From Macrostomum lignano (taxonomy: Eukaryota): 64,000 bases of DNA. The notes under the pieces were generated by a model. The model saw only the letters and a list, made by a program, of their open reading frames with translations. It did no database searches and had not been told where the DNA came from. Of this stretch, positions 62,165 through 64,000 are shown piece by piece. Within the stretch, counting starts at the first letter, position 1, and each line of letters starts with the position of its first letter. The DNA lies in NCBI GenBank assembly GCA_002269645.1, contig NIVC01000031.1:372001-436000 (forward strand). The letters are read 5' to 3'. Both the position numbers and the translations under genes were made by a program.

Positions 62165-64000
62165 ATGGCTAACAAAGTGCTCTGTCTATTTAACGATTGC
62201 AATGAATCGTTTGAATTCAATAGCAACTGTGGCAACCTTGATACTTCCGTTTTAGAGCAGCATCTGATGGAGGTACATAGTTTAGTTATTGACGCTATTG
62301 ATAATATTGCCGAGCTGCCTGAGTAAGTAGATTTTGTTTTTTATAAACGAATCAGTAGTTGAAATTTATCTAAGTTATGTAAAAATTAAATTAAATTAAA
62401 ATTAATAATTACTTTTTAGATACCTGTCTTACTGGCGCAAGTCAATTAGCAGCGAAACCGCATCACAACATTGCTTTGTGTTTCGAAATGAAACTGATAA
62501 AGCTGAAGGTAAGTCTAATAGTGATTTAGTCATTTTAATAATAATATCACCCTCTATTCGTTAAGAAATCGCCCTTAATTCACGGAGAAAATCACCCTTC
62601 ATTCACTGAGAAAATCGCCCTCTATTCACTGAGAAAATCGCCCTTTATTCACTGAGGAAATTGCCCTCTATTCACTATACACCAGGCAGCCAAAGTGACC
62701 CAACTGCTACGACCAAGCAAGAATATTTATTCCTATCGTATGACAATCCAGACGATGCTAAATTGCGCAATAAACTTCACGAAAATCGATTGGTACGCGT
62801 TTTATCCGATTTATACTACTATTCAGCTGTATCAGTAGAAATATGCGCATTTTTCTGTATTTTTACTAATTTTTTGTAAAAATTTTAGACTCGAGTTCTT
62901 GAACTATATCAGAAGGAACGATTATCGCTAGAAAAGTTTCCTTGCATCTTTTGCAATGATGTCAACTTGAGTCGGTTGGTTTTTTTTAACAGTTTTGGCT
63001 TTCTCAAAATTGTCTTACTTGAATATTGGGTGTTTTAATTTTGTGTATTTCGCTTTCAGAACGAAGATATTTGAGCACCTAGCCGAGGAGCACAGCTTCT
63101 GGTTGGGCGAGCCGGACAATATGGTCTTTGTTGGCGAATTGTTACAGCGTCTCGGCGATATGATTACCAAGTATGCTTTAATTTATGCTGTGTACAATTG
63201 GCTGTTTTGAAATGTTCTGTGTCAAATTTTTGAAGTAAATGAATTTATGAACGATATGTATCATAAATATGTCTACAAAGAGAGAGTTTACTACTTCCAA
63301 ATGTATCGAAATAGCTTTATATCCTAGAAGAAGTTTTATTTGCCAATGTATCGAAAACAACTCTCACAAAGAAGAATTCCATTAGCCAATATGCATCGAA
63401 AACAAATTTCTACAAGAAAAATGTCTATTAGCCGATATGTAACGAAAACAAATTTCTACTAGAAAAACGTCTATTAGCCGATATGTATCGAAAATAACTT
63501 TCTACTTCTACTAGAAAATTTCTATTAGCCGATATGTATCGAAAATAACTTTCTACTTCTACTAGAAAATTTCTATTAGCCGATATGTATCGAAAATAAC
63601 TTTCTACTTCTACTAGAAAATTTCTATTAGCCGATATGTATCGAAAACGAATTTTTGCAAGAAGAAGGTCTTAGCCGTTATGTATTTAAAATAAATTTCT
63701 ACTTCTACTAGAAAAAGTATATGAGCCGATATGTATCGAAAACAATTGTCTGTTAAAGAAAACGGATATCATACCCACTCGCCATGCCAAAACATCCAGC
63801 CAAATCTGTCTCTACTGCGAGAAAGAGTTCCGCACCCGGTTCGTGCTCAAGGAGCACATGCGCAAGCGCAATCATCGTCGCATTAAGCCGGACAACAGTA
63901 GCAAGTACGCCAAGTACTTTATTAGCGCCTATTTAAAACCGAACGGATTTCAACGGATTCGACTATCGATTGGAGCCGATCCAAATTCTTTGGCAACGCC
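62165..64000 (+). CDS. ZNF277: Zinc finger protein 277 orthologue, 5' part; exons 62165-62322, 62420-62508, 62686-62792, 62889-62974, 63060-63170, 63800-window end
   Basis: Phase-consistent GT-AG introns; EYLSYWRK, CIFCND, HLAEEHSFWLGEPDNMV and CLYCEKEFR...LKEHMRKRNHRRI resemble human ZNF277 segments as I recall them. Confidence 0.9.
62570..62675. repeat. 23-bp short tandem repeat (attcactgagaaaatcgccctct) in ZNF277 intron 2
   Basis: Direct, ~4 copies. Confidence 0.85.
63340..63750. repeat. ~51-bp minisatellite (gccgatatgtatcgaaaataactttctacttctactagaaaatttctatta) in ZNF277 intron 5
   Basis: Direct, three near-identical central copies plus diverged flanks. Confidence 0.9.

Overview
Eukaryotic (invertebrate metazoan) genomic DNA, intron-rich and very rich in tandem repeats; a free-living flatworm such as Macrostomum is a plausible but unverified source. 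I reconstructed by hand five spliced genes with consistent splice phases: a TRH-receptor-like GPCR (minus strand, with a GC-AG intron), a 4-TM claudin/PMP22-like protein (plus), a Deltex/DTX3L-like E3 ligase carrying an internal macrodomain (minus, 7 exons, about 640 aa), CIP2A (plus, 8 exons, about 829 aa) and ZNF277 (plus, runs off the window end). There are also two orphan coding candidates, a decayed Crypton-like tyrosine recombinase, two copies of a tRNA-derived SINE, a MITE family and more than 20 micro/minisatellite arrays; most long introns hold their own array. Most long ORFs in the supplied track are artefacts of these repeats. The two best leads are (1) 12.5 apparently identical 273-bp units inserted into a (GATA)n tract with a long flanking duplication, resembling target-primed rolling-circle copying of a small circular template, and (2) a single-chain macrodomain + RING + Deltex-C protein that fuses the functions of vertebrate PARP9 and DTX3L. 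I found no rRNA, true tRNA gene or CRISPR array. Family assignments rest on recalled motifs, not database searches.
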